Below, piece by piece: positions 9,118-19,866 of a stretch of 64,000 nt of DNA. Numbering within the stretch: the stretch's first letter is position 1; each line of letters opens with the position of its first letter. This DNA comes from a virus. Lineage: Duplodnaviria; Caudoviricetes. The position numbers and the translations under genes were made by a program. The stretch is from the IMG/VR virus record IMGVR_UViG_2548876809_000002, positions 1-64,000 of that record. One strand, written 5' to 3'. The notes beneath the pieces were generated by a model. That model saw only the letters and a program-made list of their open reading frames with translations, ran no database searches and had not been told where the DNA came from.

Positions 9118-11582
9118 AGCGCGGTCCAGTAGACAGAGCATTGAGGATTCTGGACGATTGCCCAAGTTCGGTCTGTCGCGCGCGTGGCGACTCGCCAGCG
9201 GATCGTCAGGCCTCCCCAAACATTCAGGATGCGGATGACGAAGTTGTCTAGCCGGCCGGCTGGGCCAAACCCGGGGGTCGGCAGGCGGACGCTTGCCAGC
9301 ACGCTGTTATCGGCCGCGTTCAGGATTTCGAACGACGCATAGATCGAGCCGGTCGCATCGGTCGTTGCCGCGATATTGCCGGTGAAAGTTAGGTAGACTG
9401 ACCCACCGGACTTGATCGCCATATCGGCACCGAGATTGGGGATATAAGCGATCGAGGGCGTGCCCGCGCCGCCGTACGTGCCCGAGACGCTGCCAGAAGT
9501 CGTGGCCGTCATCGTGTTGCGGTCGAGTTCGTTGATCGTCGCCTGATCGAGCGTCGACAATCCGCCCTGGTTGACGAACGACGCCGCCATATTCTCGATT
9601 GTACGGTCCGCGAGCGGATCATTGGGGCCTGGCGAATAGGGCGGCAATACCGTCTGCGTCTTCGGGATGACCCCCATGCCGGGCTCCGTCAGGAACAGAT
9701 ACGGGTTGTTGCCCCCGTTGCCGATCATGCGGACCATCAGGATCGCCAAGGCTGCTGTGTCCTCGACAATGTCGTACAGCCCTTCGACGGGCGGACCGAA
9801 GTTTGCGGGGTCGCCGAACTGCCCGCCGCCCTGCCGCCCGCCATAGACGCTCGGCGCGTTCAAGAGCTGACCCACCTTGTTGAAGATGAGCAGGAACAGC
9901 TGCGCGATAGAACGATGCGGGGCTAGAAGGGCGCGGAAATACGCGCGGTCGCCCTTCTTGACAGGCATCATGTACCCGTTGCCGCTCGCGAGGCTGTCCC
10001 CGCCCCATGGCCCGGGGGACCAGAACACGTCGATGTAGTCGTTGTTGTTCCCGTCACCGCGGAGAGTGTCGGTGTAGGTCGCATACGCCACGTTCCTCAA
10101 CCCCGAGTAGTCGGCGTTGAGGTTGAGTCCGGTGTTAAGGATCGCCGTGGGCGAACCGTTCGATCCATTCGGAGTCACCAGTGCGGACCGAATACCCGGG
10201 CGGAGGCCCTGGAGTCCGCGGACAAAGCTGGACAGGACGAACTGGTTCACGCCGGTCGCTACGGTCGTTCCGGTCGCCGCCGAATATTGGAACCAATAAG
10301 CGCTTCCGGGACCGGGAGGGTTACCCGCCGTGGGTGTCGTCGCAGTGTAGAGCCAGGTCGACCCATCATCGAGGCTGACAATGTTGCCTTCGCGGTAAGT
10401 CGTCAGGCCTAGATATGCCCCGAGCGGCACAAGCGGCGCGGTGAAAGCGATGTCGGACAGCGCGTGGACCGTCCATGCGCGTTCCGCACCGATCGAAATC
10501 TTCTGCCATGGTGCTGCGACGTCGATCTGGCTGACCGACGACACCGGTGGCAAGGCGCTGCCGTCCGCGGCGAGCGTGGTGTTGGCTGCGCCGATCGCGA
10601 CGGGGGCCACGAACAGCTTGCCCAGCCACGACACACCCGCGACCGCGTTTACGCTCGCCGCGATGCTTTGGATCAACTGGCGCGCGGTAGTCTGTTCCTC
10701 GATATAGATCGAGATCGGATATGGCCGGGCGGCGTCTAGCGCGTCGAGGGACACATCGTCGATCTTGCCTGCGCCACCGGAAAAGAGCGCAATACGCCGG
10801 ATGATTTGGCCTGGCAGCCGCGCCCAGCCGTCCTGGCCGGCTGAGTCGCCGCCGACTAGAAAACTGATCAGGCCGGCAGGAGGTGCACCGAAACGGGCCA
10901 TCCCGACTGCCTTAGCGGTTGCCCAGCGACCTGCAGGGATCGCGGCTCCGATTAGAGCGGCATAGGAAGCATAGTCGCCGACCGAAGGTGCGAACCGGTT
11001 CAGCTTCTCGAGCGCCGTGTCGATGCTGCTGATCGCGTTATATGCCGAGATCTGGAACACGTTGTTGATGCTGTCGATCAGCTTCCCCGGGACGTAGCGT
11101 GGAGCGCCCAAAGCCAGCGGCTTCGTTTGGCCCTTCATCGTAGCGGCCCCCTCCGCGCCGCTCGTGCCTGCATATGTCGTGAGCAGCGCTGTATCGAGCC
11201 ACTTGTCGTCGACCGCGAAATCTACAGCGGCGGTGCCGTTTTCGATCTTCGGCTGCGAGGAGATGCGACCGTCGAACCGCAACGTCCAGTTGTCCGGGCT
11301 GCCGCTCGTGACCCGAACTCGCGCGTCAGCAAAGGCGTAGCGCGCGAAACTCGGCCATGGCTCCGTTTGCATGATCAGCGACGATGACGGCGCGGTGATC
11401 TGACCTTCGAAAGCGCCATCAAATAGGTCGTATCGCAGCGCCGGAAGCTTCGCCAACGCAGGCCACCATACAGAGGGACCGGGTGCATGGCAGGCATCGG
11501 TGTCGTCATGGCTGCTGGCATAGAGCGATACGGGCGCGCCTGCGACAGGGTCATAGGCGTTGATTTCGACAAGGACCGCCAT
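9114..11582 (-). CDS. Tail tip/host-specificity protein
   Basis: 822 aa; PLALGAPRYVPG hub-like N-terminal part, variable beta-rich C-terminal part; position in tail operon. Confidence 0.75.
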   Translation of the reverse strand: MAVLVEINAYDPVAGAPVSLYASSHDDTDACHAPGPSVWWPALAKLPALRYDLFDGAFEGQITAPSSSLIMQTEPWPSFARYAFADARVRVTSGSPDNWTLRFDGRISSQPKIENGTAAVDFAVDDKWLDTALLTTYAGTSGAEGAATMKGQTKPLALGAPRYVPGKLIDSINNVFQISAYNAISSIDTALEKLNRFAPSVGDYASYAALIGAAIPAGRWATAKAVGMARFGAPPAGLISFLVGGDSAGQDGWARLPGQIIRRIALFSGGAGKIDDVSLDALDAARPYPISIYIEEQTTARQLIQSIAASVNAVAGVSWLGKLFVAPVAIGAANTTLAADGSALPPVSSVSQIDVAAPWQKISIGAERAWTVHALSDIAFTAPLVPLGAYLGLTTYREGNIVSLDDGSTWLYTATTPTAGNPPGPGSAYWFQYSAATGTTVATGVNQFVLSSFVRGLQGLRPGIRSALVTPNGSNGSPTAILNTGLNLNADYSGLRNVAYATYTDTLRGDGNNNDYIDVFWSPGPWGGDSLASGNGYMMPVKKGDRAYFRALLAPHRSIAQLFLLIFNKVGQLLNAPSVYGGRQGGGQFGDPANFGPPVEGLYDIVEDTAALAILMVRMIGNGGNNPYLFLTEPGMGVIPKTQTVLPPYSPGPNDPLADRTIENMAASFVNQGGLSTLDQATINELDRNTMTATTSGSVSGTYGGAGTPSIAYIPNLGADMAIKSGGSVYLTFTGNIAATTDATGSIYASFEILNAADNSVLASVRLPTPGFGPAGRLDNFVIRILNVWGGLTIRWRVATRATDRTWAIVQNPQCSVYWTAL

Positions 11583-12382
11583 CAAAAGATGCTCACGAGA
11601 TTGGCCTTGGCTTCGAACGCCGCCGCATTACGCCAGGTGTGACCAAGGTCGCCGACGAGCGCGCCGTAATAGGCGCGGTTCTGCCGTTGCGGGTCTGGCG
11701 CGGGGTCGGTCAGAAGTGCGACCATTTCCGTGTTGCCGATCTGCTCGAGCAGCGGTTGCGTTACGGCTTCGACCTCCGCCTTGCGGATATTGGAGAAGGT
11801 CAACCCGACCGTGCGCAGCTTCTTGGCGCGCCGGCGCAGCAATACGCCGCGCGCGGAGAAATCGAGCGAACCCAGATCGCGAACCCCGAATGCCGCGCCG
11901 TAGTTGAAATTGCGATCGAGCTGTATCCGCTTGCCAATCACCATGCGCGCGATCGTTGCGGCACCCGAAGGCAAGCCAATTACTATCCGCCAGTATCTAC
12001 CAGTGATCGCAGCACCTGGTGCTTGCCACACGGAGACCCCGTTACGCGAAGTCGGCATTTCCGAACCTGCGAGAAACTGCTGAACGTTGCCCGCGGTGTA
12101 AGCACCCGGGTTGAAGACAGACCCCTGTGCCTGCGTCGCAACGTCGATCGACATCGTCCATGCCGTTGTCGCGCCCGCTGCGCCGAAGACCATTATGGTG
12201 TCCGCAGTGATGTCTGACCCCATATCCGCAACCAGCGCATGGCTTGACGATGCGGCCGCAACTGCCGACGTCCATACAACGCCAGCATAGTCGTTGCCGA
12301 CAAATACAGGCTCTCCGACAGAGGTCGAACTAGCAAACGCCGCCGTAATCGGCAGCGGTTTGACGATCCAAGCATTCGCCAT
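11582..12382 (-). CDS. Tail/baseplate protein
   Basis: Coupled tail-operon ORF downstream of the tape measure gene. Confidence 0.65.
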   Translation of the reverse strand: MANAWIVKPLPITAAFASSTSVGEPVFVGNDYAGVVWTSAVAAASSSHALVADMGSDITADTIMVFGAAGATTAWTMSIDVATQAQGSVFNPGAYTAGNVQQFLAGSEMPTSRNGVSVWQAPGAAITGRYWRIVIGLPSGAATIARMVIGKRIQLDRNFNYGAAFGVRDLGSLDFSARGVLLRRRAKKLRTVGLTFSNIRKAEVEAVTQPLLEQIGNTEMVALLTDPAPDPQRQNRAYYGALVGDLGHTWRNAAAFEAKANLVSIF

Positions 12383-12385
12383 CGT

Positions 12386-12748
12386 TCACCCGTACAGTTC
12401 GTAGGTGGTCGTCTCGGTTTCGAGATCGAGCTCGACCCGCGCGACAAGGAATGTGCCGTCCACGCTCTGATCTGCGTCGACCAGGCGCACCTGCGGCAGG
12501 CCAGTCGACACCGATGGCCAGATCACGTCGGCAACGCCCACTGCGAACCGCCGGCGCTCAACCCCGATCAGCGCGCCGCGTGCAGTTGCCACCGTGGCCG
12601 ATTCGCCAACGGCATCGAAATAGCCGGTTGACGGGCTTACGCTGCCGTCCCGCGCGGATGGATAGCGCGCCGCAATCGCGGTGTTGGCGAACGTGCCGGT
12701 CACGACGTCGCGCGATGCTGCCGCGATGTCCGCGGGAAGCGCACTCAT
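12386..12748 (-). CDS. Tail protein
   Basis: Coupled to the tape measure stop. Confidence 0.6.
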   Translation of the reverse strand: MSALPADIAAASRDVVTGTFANTAIAARYPSARDGSVSPSTGYFDAVGESATVATARGALIGVERRRFAVGVADVIWPSVSTGLPQVRLVDADQSVDGTFLVARVELDLETETTTYELYG

Positions 12749-15700
12749 TTGAGGAAGGCCCGCGGCGCGGAGATGAACCCGCCGGAGCCTCCCCCGGTAT
12801 TGTCCGCGACCTGTTGCATCAGCGTCGCGATCTGCGCGAGCAGGCCGTTGGTGTCTTCGGTCATCTGGTTCCCCGTGTTAACCCCAGCGGCTGTGTCGGC
12901 CGCCGCTTTCGCCGTCGCTTCGGCGAACGGCGATGCGACTGCGGCCGTGATGGGAACAGCATTGTCGATCGACGAGATCGCCTTGTTCGTGGCCGCCTGG
13001 ATCTCATCGAGCGCCTTGAAATAACCGTCGGTCGAGCCGAGCAGCTGCCGTTCAACGTCGAGGAACGACTTGGCCGCGTCCTGATATTTCGTCTGGTCCA
13101 CGGCTTGGCCCGAATTGATCTGGTCGAGGAACGGCTGCAGCTGCGCGCGCGCGGTCGCTTCCTGATCGCGGAGCGAATAAGCCGACCCGCTGCCGACCTT
13201 CAGGCTGGTCATGAAGTCCTTGAGCGACTGGCTGGCGCTGTCGGTGCTGTTCTTCACCTTGTCCAACTGGAGCGTGTAGAGCTGCTGCGCCTGCGCCATT
13301 TGCTCTGTCGTCGCGCCACCTTCCTTCAGCGCGTTGACCGTCTTCTGCCATTTCAGGTTGAGCGCATCGATCGCTGCCCCGACCGGGTCGAGCGCTGCCT
13401 TCAGATCGCGCGGGACCGCCTCGATCAGCAGTGCCTTCGTGATCGCCGACTGCAGATCCTGCCCCGATGCGAGGATCGTCTGGCTGGCCTTGCTGATCCC
13501 GTTGATGACGGCATTGCTGATCGAATAACGCACCGCATACTCGATCGCGGCTTGCTGATCGCTGCCGAAGTCCTTCAACGTGCTGTCGCTGAAATTATTG
13601 TAGTTGAGCGACTTGGTCGTGGCTGTGGTGGCGACGCGATACTTGCTGTCGAACGTTCCAAGCGTCAGCGCCGGCAGGCTCTTGATCGTCGCGCCGAGCT
13701 GCTCTGCGATAGAATTGATGCCGGACGCAACCGAAGAGGCCACGCCAGTCGCCGCCGCAATCGCCTCCCCGCTCGTGCCGCTTCCTTTGTTGCCGGTTAC
13801 GGTCCCGGTGCCGTTGAGCGAAACGCTCGAAGTGCTCCACTTCGGGCTATTGAATAGCCCGCCAACGACGCTGCCCAGAACGCCACCAAGCACCGCCCCG
13901 ATTGGCCCGGCTGCTCCACCCAGCGACTTCAGCAACCCCGAAGCACCATCACCGATCGTCTTGCCCAGCGCCTTACCGGCAACCTGACCCAGTGCACCGC
14001 CGATGCCGGACGCGAGCGGATCGCTCTTCCCCCCGGTGATCGAGGAGAACACCGAACCGCTAAGCCCGCCAATGCTCGCGCCCTTCAGGACATCCGGCAG
14101 CGTTTTTTTAAGCCCGGCAGTAAGCGTCTGTGGGAGCTTTATACCGAGACCGTCCAAATTCTTGACGAACCGGTCGAACCCGATACCAAACACCCCGCTC
14201 GCCGTAAGCAGCTTCTCGGCACTGCGGTCGATCTTGCCAGTAACGACGATATCAGCCGCACCGTCCGGGCCGGGGCCGGATACACCGTTACCGCGCGACA
14301 GTAGGTCGTTCAGCGATCCGGTAGGTCCCGTGACACCGTTGCCCTTCATCAGCTTGTCGAGCAGCTCGGGTGCGATCCCGCCGTTATCGTTTGCCGCACC
14401 GCTGGCAAACGATGCCGATGCCGATCGGAAAGCGCGCGTCAGTTCGTCGAGCGCGGACACGTTATCGTTCGCGCCAATTCGAAGCACCTTGGCCGCATCG
14501 GTCGCCTGGCTCTCTAGAATTTCTGCCGGCGTCTGCCGACCAGTCATCTTACGGATATAGCTCTCGATATCGCGATCGATGCCGCCGAACAGCTGGTTGC
14601 TGATCAGATTGCGTTGCAGCGACTTGAAGTCGTTGACGATGCCGCCAAACAGCCCCTTCACGCCATCTGCAACGCGCCCATCTTGCAAGTCGCCGATGAA
14701 ATCGTCGAAGGTACGGCGCACGTCGCCGAGCGAGTTTTCGTACACTCCGATGACACGGCGCTGATCCTCGATCTGACGGGTGATCGCTTCCTGCTGTTGC
14801 GCACCGCGGAGGAGTGCAGCGAGGTGTTCGGCATCGAGTGGGCCTTGCTGTTCCTGCAGGCGGATAGCGGCCTGCAAGGCGTCCGCCTCGGCGTCACGGC
14901 CCTGGAGCTGAAGGCGCTGCACCGCAACGCCTTCCTGCTGGTGCTGGATGAAGTCCTGAAACGGCCGGTCGAGACCATCACGGATATGACCCTTGGCAGC
15001 CTGCGCATCGGCGATCAGCTTGTCGAACCCGGGCGGCTTGCGACGCGTCAGGTCCTTGATCATATTGTCGAGCTTGAGCGTTTCCAGGCTGGCCTTGTCG
15101 ACCAGGCGTGGCTGCTTATCCCACTCGGCATTGATGCGTGCGATCGCCTCGGCAGCGGACTCCGCTTCGCGGTTCTGGTCAGGCGCAACCTTCGGCTTCT
15201 TCGGCGTCTTCGGTTTGTCGTCAGCCTTGTAGGGTTTCAGGTCGTCGGGGACTGGACCGCCATTCACGACGCCAAGCGCCTGTTTCATCGCGTTCTGGTC
15301 GTTCAGCGCGGTGCCGAGCGCCAGAACCTGCTTCTTCACTTCCATCACGTCACGGCCTGCGCTGCCTGCGCTAGCCCCGATCTTGGTCATGGTTTGGTCG
15401 AGCGACGCATTGAAAGCGTTGTTGGCTGCGGTGACAGCAGCCGGCGATGCCTTGGGATCGTTCAGAACTGCGGCATAGCTCTCTGCGGCGGTCTTGTACG
15501 CGTTCAGATCTCGCGTCAGCGGGCCGAGCTGGTTGATCCGCTTGCCGACCGAGCCCATCAACGATTCGACCGGCCCGGTCATGGTGTTGCTCGAAAGCAA
15601 GGCCTTGCCGAAATCGACGAGGGTTTCCCCGGTCCCAATGGTCGAGGAACCTTTGAGAGCGGTCGCGGCCGATTTCTGGTCTTCCTGCGCCTTGAGAATG

Positions 15701-16647
15701 CCAGCTTGCGCCTGGAGCTTGATCGTCTGGATCAACACCTCATTGTGGGTCTTGAGCTTGCCAGTCGCGAGATCGATCACCTTGCCGATCACCGACTCCG
15801 CATTGCCAAACGAGTCAGCCGCAGTGGCCGCGTCCGCGAGGGATTTTGCCAGCTTTTCGCCGCCGTCGCTGCCCTCGAATAGCTTCAGCACGAAGGGAGC
15901 GGTAACCACCGTCGCGGCAGTCAGAACAGCGCCCCAAGGCCCCCCAAGGAAGCCGATCAGGCCCTTGGACTCGCCGGCCATGAGGCCGATTGCCTGAATG
16001 ACCTGTGACCCCTGCTGCGCGAAGATCGTCATGGGCGAAATTCCGCCCTGGAAGCTCGTTGCAACGTCGTTCAGCTGGAAACCGAGTTGCTGCATGCCGG
16101 CACGTTGCGCACCCGCGCTTACAACGACCTGCCGCCCCGCATCAGCATAGCCGCGCGTCGCATCAGAAGTATGCGTCAACGCCGTGGTGGCGCTGGTCGT
16201 TTGGTTCAGTTCGCGCTGCACCTCCTGCAGCACGACAATGCGGTCGCGATGAGCGGACGCCTCACGCTCGGCTGCGATTGATGCAACTGCCGATGCGTCC
16301 GCTTCCAGTCGCAACGCTTCGGTGCCGACGCGCCCGCTACTGGACGCGGAAAGCTGTGCTTGCGACAATTCGCGTAGCGCAATCGCATGCTGGTCCGCCT
16401 GATGCGCCGCTTGCGATAGTTGAGCAATCTCTGACGACAGATCGAGCGATCCAGCGGCGGTACGCGGCATCGTGATCGCGGTCTGCGCAGATTTCTGAAC
16501 CTCGGCAAAGGCCGATACAAACGGCTGGCGAATATCATTGGCCGCGCGCGTCATTCTGCCGGTGATCTCGGCTGCAGCTTTACCGCTTTCGGACGAGAAT
16601 TGCTGCGCGTTCAACTGGAGGCGCGCGATAATGTCGGTCTGTGCCAT
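12745..16647 (-). CDS. Tail tape measure protein
   Basis: ~1300 aa, Ala/Gly-rich; QLNDVATSFQGGISPMTIFAQQGSQ lambda-type TMP motif; GAGGAGG RBS before ATG 16647. Confidence 0.92.
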   Translation of the reverse strand: MAQTDIIARLQLNAQQFSSESGKAAAEITGRMTRAANDIRQPFVSAFAEVQKSAQTAITMPRTAAGSLDLSSEIAQLSQAAHQADQHAIALRELSQAQLSASSSGRVGTEALRLEADASAVASIAAEREASAHRDRIVVLQEVQRELNQTTSATTALTHTSDATRGYADAGRQVVVSAGAQRAGMQQLGFQLNDVATSFQGGISPMTIFAQQGSQVIQAIGLMAGESKGLIGFLGGPWGAVLTAATVVTAPFVLKLFEGSDGGEKLAKSLADAATAADSFGNAESVIGKVIDLATGKLKTHNEVLIQTIKLQAQAGILKAQEDQKSAATALKGSSTIGTGETLVDFGKALLSSNTMTGPVESLMGSVGKRINQLGPLTRDLNAYKTAAESYAAVLNDPKASPAAVTAANNAFNASLDQTMTKIGASAGSAGRDVMEVKKQVLALGTALNDQNAMKQALGVVNGGPVPDDLKPYKADDKPKTPKKPKVAPDQNREAESAAEAIARINAEWDKQPRLVDKASLETLKLDNMIKDLTRRKPPGFDKLIADAQAAKGHIRDGLDRPFQDFIQHQQEGVAVQRLQLQGRDAEADALQAAIRLQEQQGPLDAEHLAALLRGAQQQEAITRQIEDQRRVIGVYENSLGDVRRTFDDFIGDLQDGRVADGVKGLFGGIVNDFKSLQRNLISNQLFGGIDRDIESYIRKMTGRQTPAEILESQATDAAKVLRIGANDNVSALDELTRAFRSASASFASGAANDNGGIAPELLDKLMKGNGVTGPTGSLNDLLSRGNGVSGPGPDGAADIVVTGKIDRSAEKLLTASGVFGIGFDRFVKNLDGLGIKLPQTLTAGLKKTLPDVLKGASIGGLSGSVFSSITGGKSDPLASGIGGALGQVAGKALGKTIGDGASGLLKSLGGAAGPIGAVLGGVLGSVVGGLFNSPKWSTSSVSLNGTGTVTGNKGSGTSGEAIAAATGVASSVASGINSIAEQLGATIKSLPALTLGTFDSKYRVATTATTKSLNYNNFSDSTLKDFGSDQQAAIEYAVRYSISNAVINGISKASQTILASGQDLQSAITKALLIEAVPRDLKAALDPVGAAIDALNLKWQKTVNALKEGGATTEQMAQAQQLYTLQLDKVKNSTDSASQSLKDFMTSLKVGSGSAYSLRDQEATARAQLQPFLDQINSGQAVDQTKYQDAAKSFLDVERQLLGSTDGYFKALDEIQAATNKAISSIDNAVPITAAVASPFAEATAKAAADTAAGVNTGNQMTEDTNGLLAQIATLMQQVADNTGGGSGGFISAPRAFLK

Positions 16648-16663
16648 GCGTTCCTCCTCTCGT

Positions 16664-17335
16664 TCAGGGTTGCGTGATTGCGCTTGCGGCAGCGAGGAAG
16701 CCCCGCACCATTTCACCTTCGGACGCCGCGACGATCGGCTCGACCGCGAAGGCGTTGCGGAACTTCACCAGGGGCAGCAGCACGAAGATTGGAACCGTCG
16801 CGCTAGCCCGGCCCGCCGCAATTCGACGGGCTGTGTTGCCGCGCGCGATCTGCTTGCGTCCGGACAGAACCGCATCGACGGCAACCAGCAACGACGGCTT
16901 GCCCGGGCGGTAAACGAACTGAAGCCGCATGCCGGGATTGCGGCGCTCCCATTCCCCCGGGGTCAGGTCGCGCCCTCTTCCGCGTGGTCCCGCCGCAGGC
17001 AACGGGATGGCGAGAAACTGGCCGCCCTTGCCCCGGATTGCGCCGGGCTGCGTCCAAAACTGGATTGCCCCACGTGTCCTCGACCCGCCCTTCAACCAGA
17101 TCGTGCCGACCGGGTTCTGGGCCGGGCCGCTTTGCGGGAACCGTGAAGACTGCCATGCCCGCCAGAGCTTGCCCGGCACCGCCGCCTGTGTTGCGGCCTC
17201 GAGCTTTTTCTCCAGGCTGCGCGTCGCTGTCGAAACCGCCACGGTCCCCGCCGTGAGGTACCGCCGCACCAGCTTATCGGTGTCTTTGGCGATCTTCGCC
17301 GCATCGATCGAGAGATCCGCACCGTTATTCGGCAT
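16664..17335 (-). CDS. Phage protein (DUF6441-like, virion morphogenesis)
   Basis: Basic protein between chaperone and TMP genes; GQFLAIP motif. Confidence 0.55.
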   Translation of the reverse strand: MPNNGADLSIDAAKIAKDTDKLVRRYLTAGTVAVSTATRSLEKKLEAATQAAVPGKLWRAWQSSRFPQSGPAQNPVGTIWLKGGSRTRGAIQFWTQPGAIRGKGGQFLAIPLPAAGPRGRGRDLTPGEWERRNPGMRLQFVYRPGKPSLLVAVDAVLSGRKQIARGNTARRIAAGRASATVPIFVLLPLVKFRNAFAVEPIVAASEGEMVRGFLAAASAITQP

Positions 17336-17615
17336 CGGGCTTCTCGTGCTGCTCGATCAACATGAAGGCATCCATCAAGGCTGCAGGCTGTTCGCCTGGG
17401 CTTCCCGGGCAAGGAAGTGGCATGCCGCCCAACGGGGAAGCGTACCGACGGCAGGCAAAGTAGAGGTCTACGACTGGCCAGATTTCCGGAGGGAGCGCGA
17501 GCCGCGGGTTCTCTTTCCAGCGCCGCTCGCCGATTTGCCATCCGCCGTCGACGGTGCGTCCGAACGCGAAGTCGTCGGGCCGTCGTCGGACTGTGACGGC
17601 CGCGGCGAGTTTCCC
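17325..17615 (-). CDS. gpT-like extension reached by programmed -1 frameshift
   Basis: Heptamer GGGAAAC at 17609-17615; the -1 frame reads KLAAAV...ENPRL...EQPAALMDAF to stop 17325. Confidence 0.8.
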   Translation of the reverse strand, partial: GKLAAAVTVRRRPDDFAFGRTVDGGWQIGERRWKENPRLALPPEIWPVVDLYFACRRYASPLGGMPLPCPGSPGEQPAALMDAFMLIEQHEKPDAE

Positions 17616-18190
17616 GCCTGATCCGCACCGTATTGCAGGGAATAGGCGCGGTTCCCGGCTACTAGTAACTCTAACGGCTGGAGCTTGGCGAGCGACTCTT
17701 CGGTGATCTGCCCGTCGCGACCACGCGCATACGGAACCGGGTCGCCGGCATCGGTTACGACATTGTCCCAGCCTGTGCAAAAGCGGCGCAACGCGACGAT
17801 CGGCGCGATCTGGTTGCGGCGCTCGAGCTGCGCCACCAGGTCGCGATATTCCGGCCAGTGTTCGGCCAGAACGGCGCGCATCTCGACCAGAACACGCTTG
17901 TCCTCTTCCGTGAAGTCGTCGGTCTCGTTCGCCGCTTCCGCTTCGATCAAGCCCTGAACACGGTCCAGTTCGGGATCGTCCGCAAGCAGGGTGGCGATGC
18001 CACTGCGGATTGCGATCATCAGCTCATAGCCGAGGATCCGACCGGCACGGTGCGGCCCGGCCAGTTCAGCTTCCATTTGGCCGCGCTCGATGACCGAGGC
18101 TGCGCGGAGGTTGAACACCGGGGCGTTCGGCTTCCCTTCCAGCCACGCGGGCGTGAAGGGAACCGTCTCGGTCGTGCTGGTGACGATCAT
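17468..18190 (-). CDS. Tail assembly chaperone (gpG-like)
   Basis: Between tail tube and TMP; contains slippery G GGA AAC. Confidence 0.75.
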   Translation of the reverse strand: MIVTSTTETVPFTPAWLEGKPNAPVFNLRAASVIERGQMEAELAGPHRAGRILGYELMIAIRSGIATLLADDPELDRVQGLIEAEAANETDDFTEEDKRVLVEMRAVLAEHWPEYRDLVAQLERRNQIAPIVALRRFCTGWDNVVTDAGDPVPYARGRDGQITEESLAKLQPLELLVAGNRAYSLQYGADQAGNSPRPSQSDDGPTTSRSDAPSTADGKSASGAGKRTRGSRSLRKSGQS

Positions 18191-19425
18191 CAGTAGAACA
18201 CCAGGTAGCCGTCGGTGTCGCGCGTCACTGCATCGCGACCGATTGTCAGGACCTGCAATCCGGTATCTTCCGACGCCAGCTTGCCGCGCGTGCCGTTGTC
18301 GCTGCTCACCGGCTGCGCCTTCGGCAGGACCAGCGCCCAGCGGTTACCCAACTGCGAACCATGGCGCAGCACCGCAGGCATGGTCACGCCGTTGCCGATG
18401 TCGCTGACGGTGTCACGGTTGGCGACCAGCGTGGCAAGCGGATCGACCTTCAGCATCTTCATGCGGTCGACGACCTGCCCGGCACCGAACCCGTAAATCG
18501 TGTTGGGATCGTCCGGCACTTCGATCTGGCTGCCGGGATCGAGCGACCAGGTGCTGATCGTCAGCGGCTTCATGTTCATGGACGCTGCCGGCGACTTGGA
18601 CGACCCCTGCACCAGCACCGGGGCGGTGTGGCCAGCGATCACCAGAGTGGTCGGCATCGCGGCGTCGACCTTGCCCTGATAGACACCGGTCATATTGAAG
18701 GTGCCGTAGCCGGGACGCGCGCTCTTGCCATCGAGCGCAACCGTTCCGCGGCAGCCGGTGAACTTGCGCAGCGTGCCGTCGATGTAAATGTAGACCGTCG
18801 CTGACGGCTGGTCGACGAGCCGGGCCGCGCCGTCGATCGGCGACGTGTTGGCATAGGTCCAGTTCGCCGGAACGGAGACGCTGGTCGAGGCGTCGAGGGG
18901 CGGGGTGAAGGTCTCCGACAGGGTCGCAACACGCGCCGCAGAATATTCGATGATCGCCGGCGCAGCGCCCGCGCCGGTGCCTGCGCCGATGAGCAGCAAC
19001 ATACCGAGCAATGCCCGCACAGTGCTGGGGAAGCTGGCAGGCAGGGTCACGCTGTTCGCGCCGCCGGCGGTCACCAATGCCGCGACGATCGCCGCCGTGA
19101 ACTGGCCACGCATGCCGCAGGCCTGGAACGCCGGATGCAGGGGCGGCTTGACGGTCGCGCTGTAGATCGCGCCTGCGCCCGCGCCCTTGATGCGCGACTT
19201 GAAGGAGAAGGTCGACGCCTGCCCGATGATCAGCGGCGCGCCCGCGACGAGCGAGCCGGTTGCTTCGTTCGCGGCCTCGTTGGTCCACGGGTTGTTCGTC
19301 GTGACGGAGTCTGCCTCGACCGGGATCGCGTCAACCGCCGGATCCGGCTGAGCGTCAACGTTCTCGATCGTTTCGAGCTTGATCAGGACCGCAACGTTCG
19401 TCGGTCGGATGGTCTGGTCTGCCAT
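18190..19425 (-). CDS. Major tail tube protein
   Basis: 411 aa, Thr/Gly/Ala-rich; position upstream of chaperone genes. Confidence 0.75.
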   Translation of the reverse strand: MADQTIRPTNVAVLIKLETIENVDAQPDPAVDAIPVEADSVTTNNPWTNEAANEATGSLVAGAPLIIGQASTFSFKSRIKGAGAGAIYSATVKPPLHPAFQACGMRGQFTAAIVAALVTAGGANSVTLPASFPSTVRALLGMLLLIGAGTGAGAAPAIIEYSAARVATLSETFTPPLDASTSVSVPANWTYANTSPIDGAARLVDQPSATVYIYIDGTLRKFTGCRGTVALDGKSARPGYGTFNMTGVYQGKVDAAMPTTLVIAGHTAPVLVQGSSKSPAASMNMKPLTISTWSLDPGSQIEVPDDPNTIYGFGAGQVVDRMKMLKVDPLATLVANRDTVSDIGNGVTMPAVLRHGSQLGNRWALVLPKAQPVSSDNGTRGKLASEDTGLQVLTIGRDAVTRDTDGYLVFY

Positions 19426-19434
19426 TATGGTCTC

Positions 19435-19866
19435 CTATGCGGGCTGGGCGGGATCATCCCGACGGGTTGCGTATGTGAGCGAGAAATCGATCGCGAAGCC
19501 GAGGCGCGGCTTGTCGGCTAGCGGTGCAACGGTGATCCGCATGTCGCCTTCGTCCAGCGTCTCGACGAGCCCGCCGAGGGGCGGGTCGGTAACCAGCGCG
19601 GCGACCGTCGCGGCGTAAAAGTTGTTGAGCGCGAGATAGGCGGCTTGCCCGCCCGGCTGCTCGAGGTATCCCTCGACCGTGAAGTCGATCTGATAGCGAG
19701 TGATGCCCGCCTCCAGTTCGACGATCGATTGACCGTTGTCGAAAATATGGCGCGCCGGAAACTCGACCGGATCGGACGATGGCATCAGCTCGGTTTCGGC
19801 AGTGTCGCCGATCGCGGTGAGGCGCGCCAAGATGTCGAGGAAGATATCGGAACGAACAGCGGTCAC
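19435..19866 (-). CDS. Tail completion/terminator-like protein
   Basis: GTG 19866 overlaps previous stop; position. Confidence 0.55.
   Translation of the reverse strand: MTAVRSDIFLDILARLTAIGDTAETELMPSSDPVEFPARHIFDNGQSIVELEAGITRYQIDFTVEGYLEQPGGQAAYLALNNFYAATVAALVTDPPLGGLVETLDEGDMRITVAPLADKPRLGFAIDFSLTYATRRDDPAQPA

Noticed and set aside
9114-11582. Diversity-generating retroelement or shufflon acting on the tail tip
   Set aside because: No reverse transcriptase, template/variable repeat pair or invertase seen
12451-15882. Long plus-strand ORFs (468 aa, 422 aa) inside the tape measure gene
   Set aside because: Antisense shadows; Arg-rich nonsense composition
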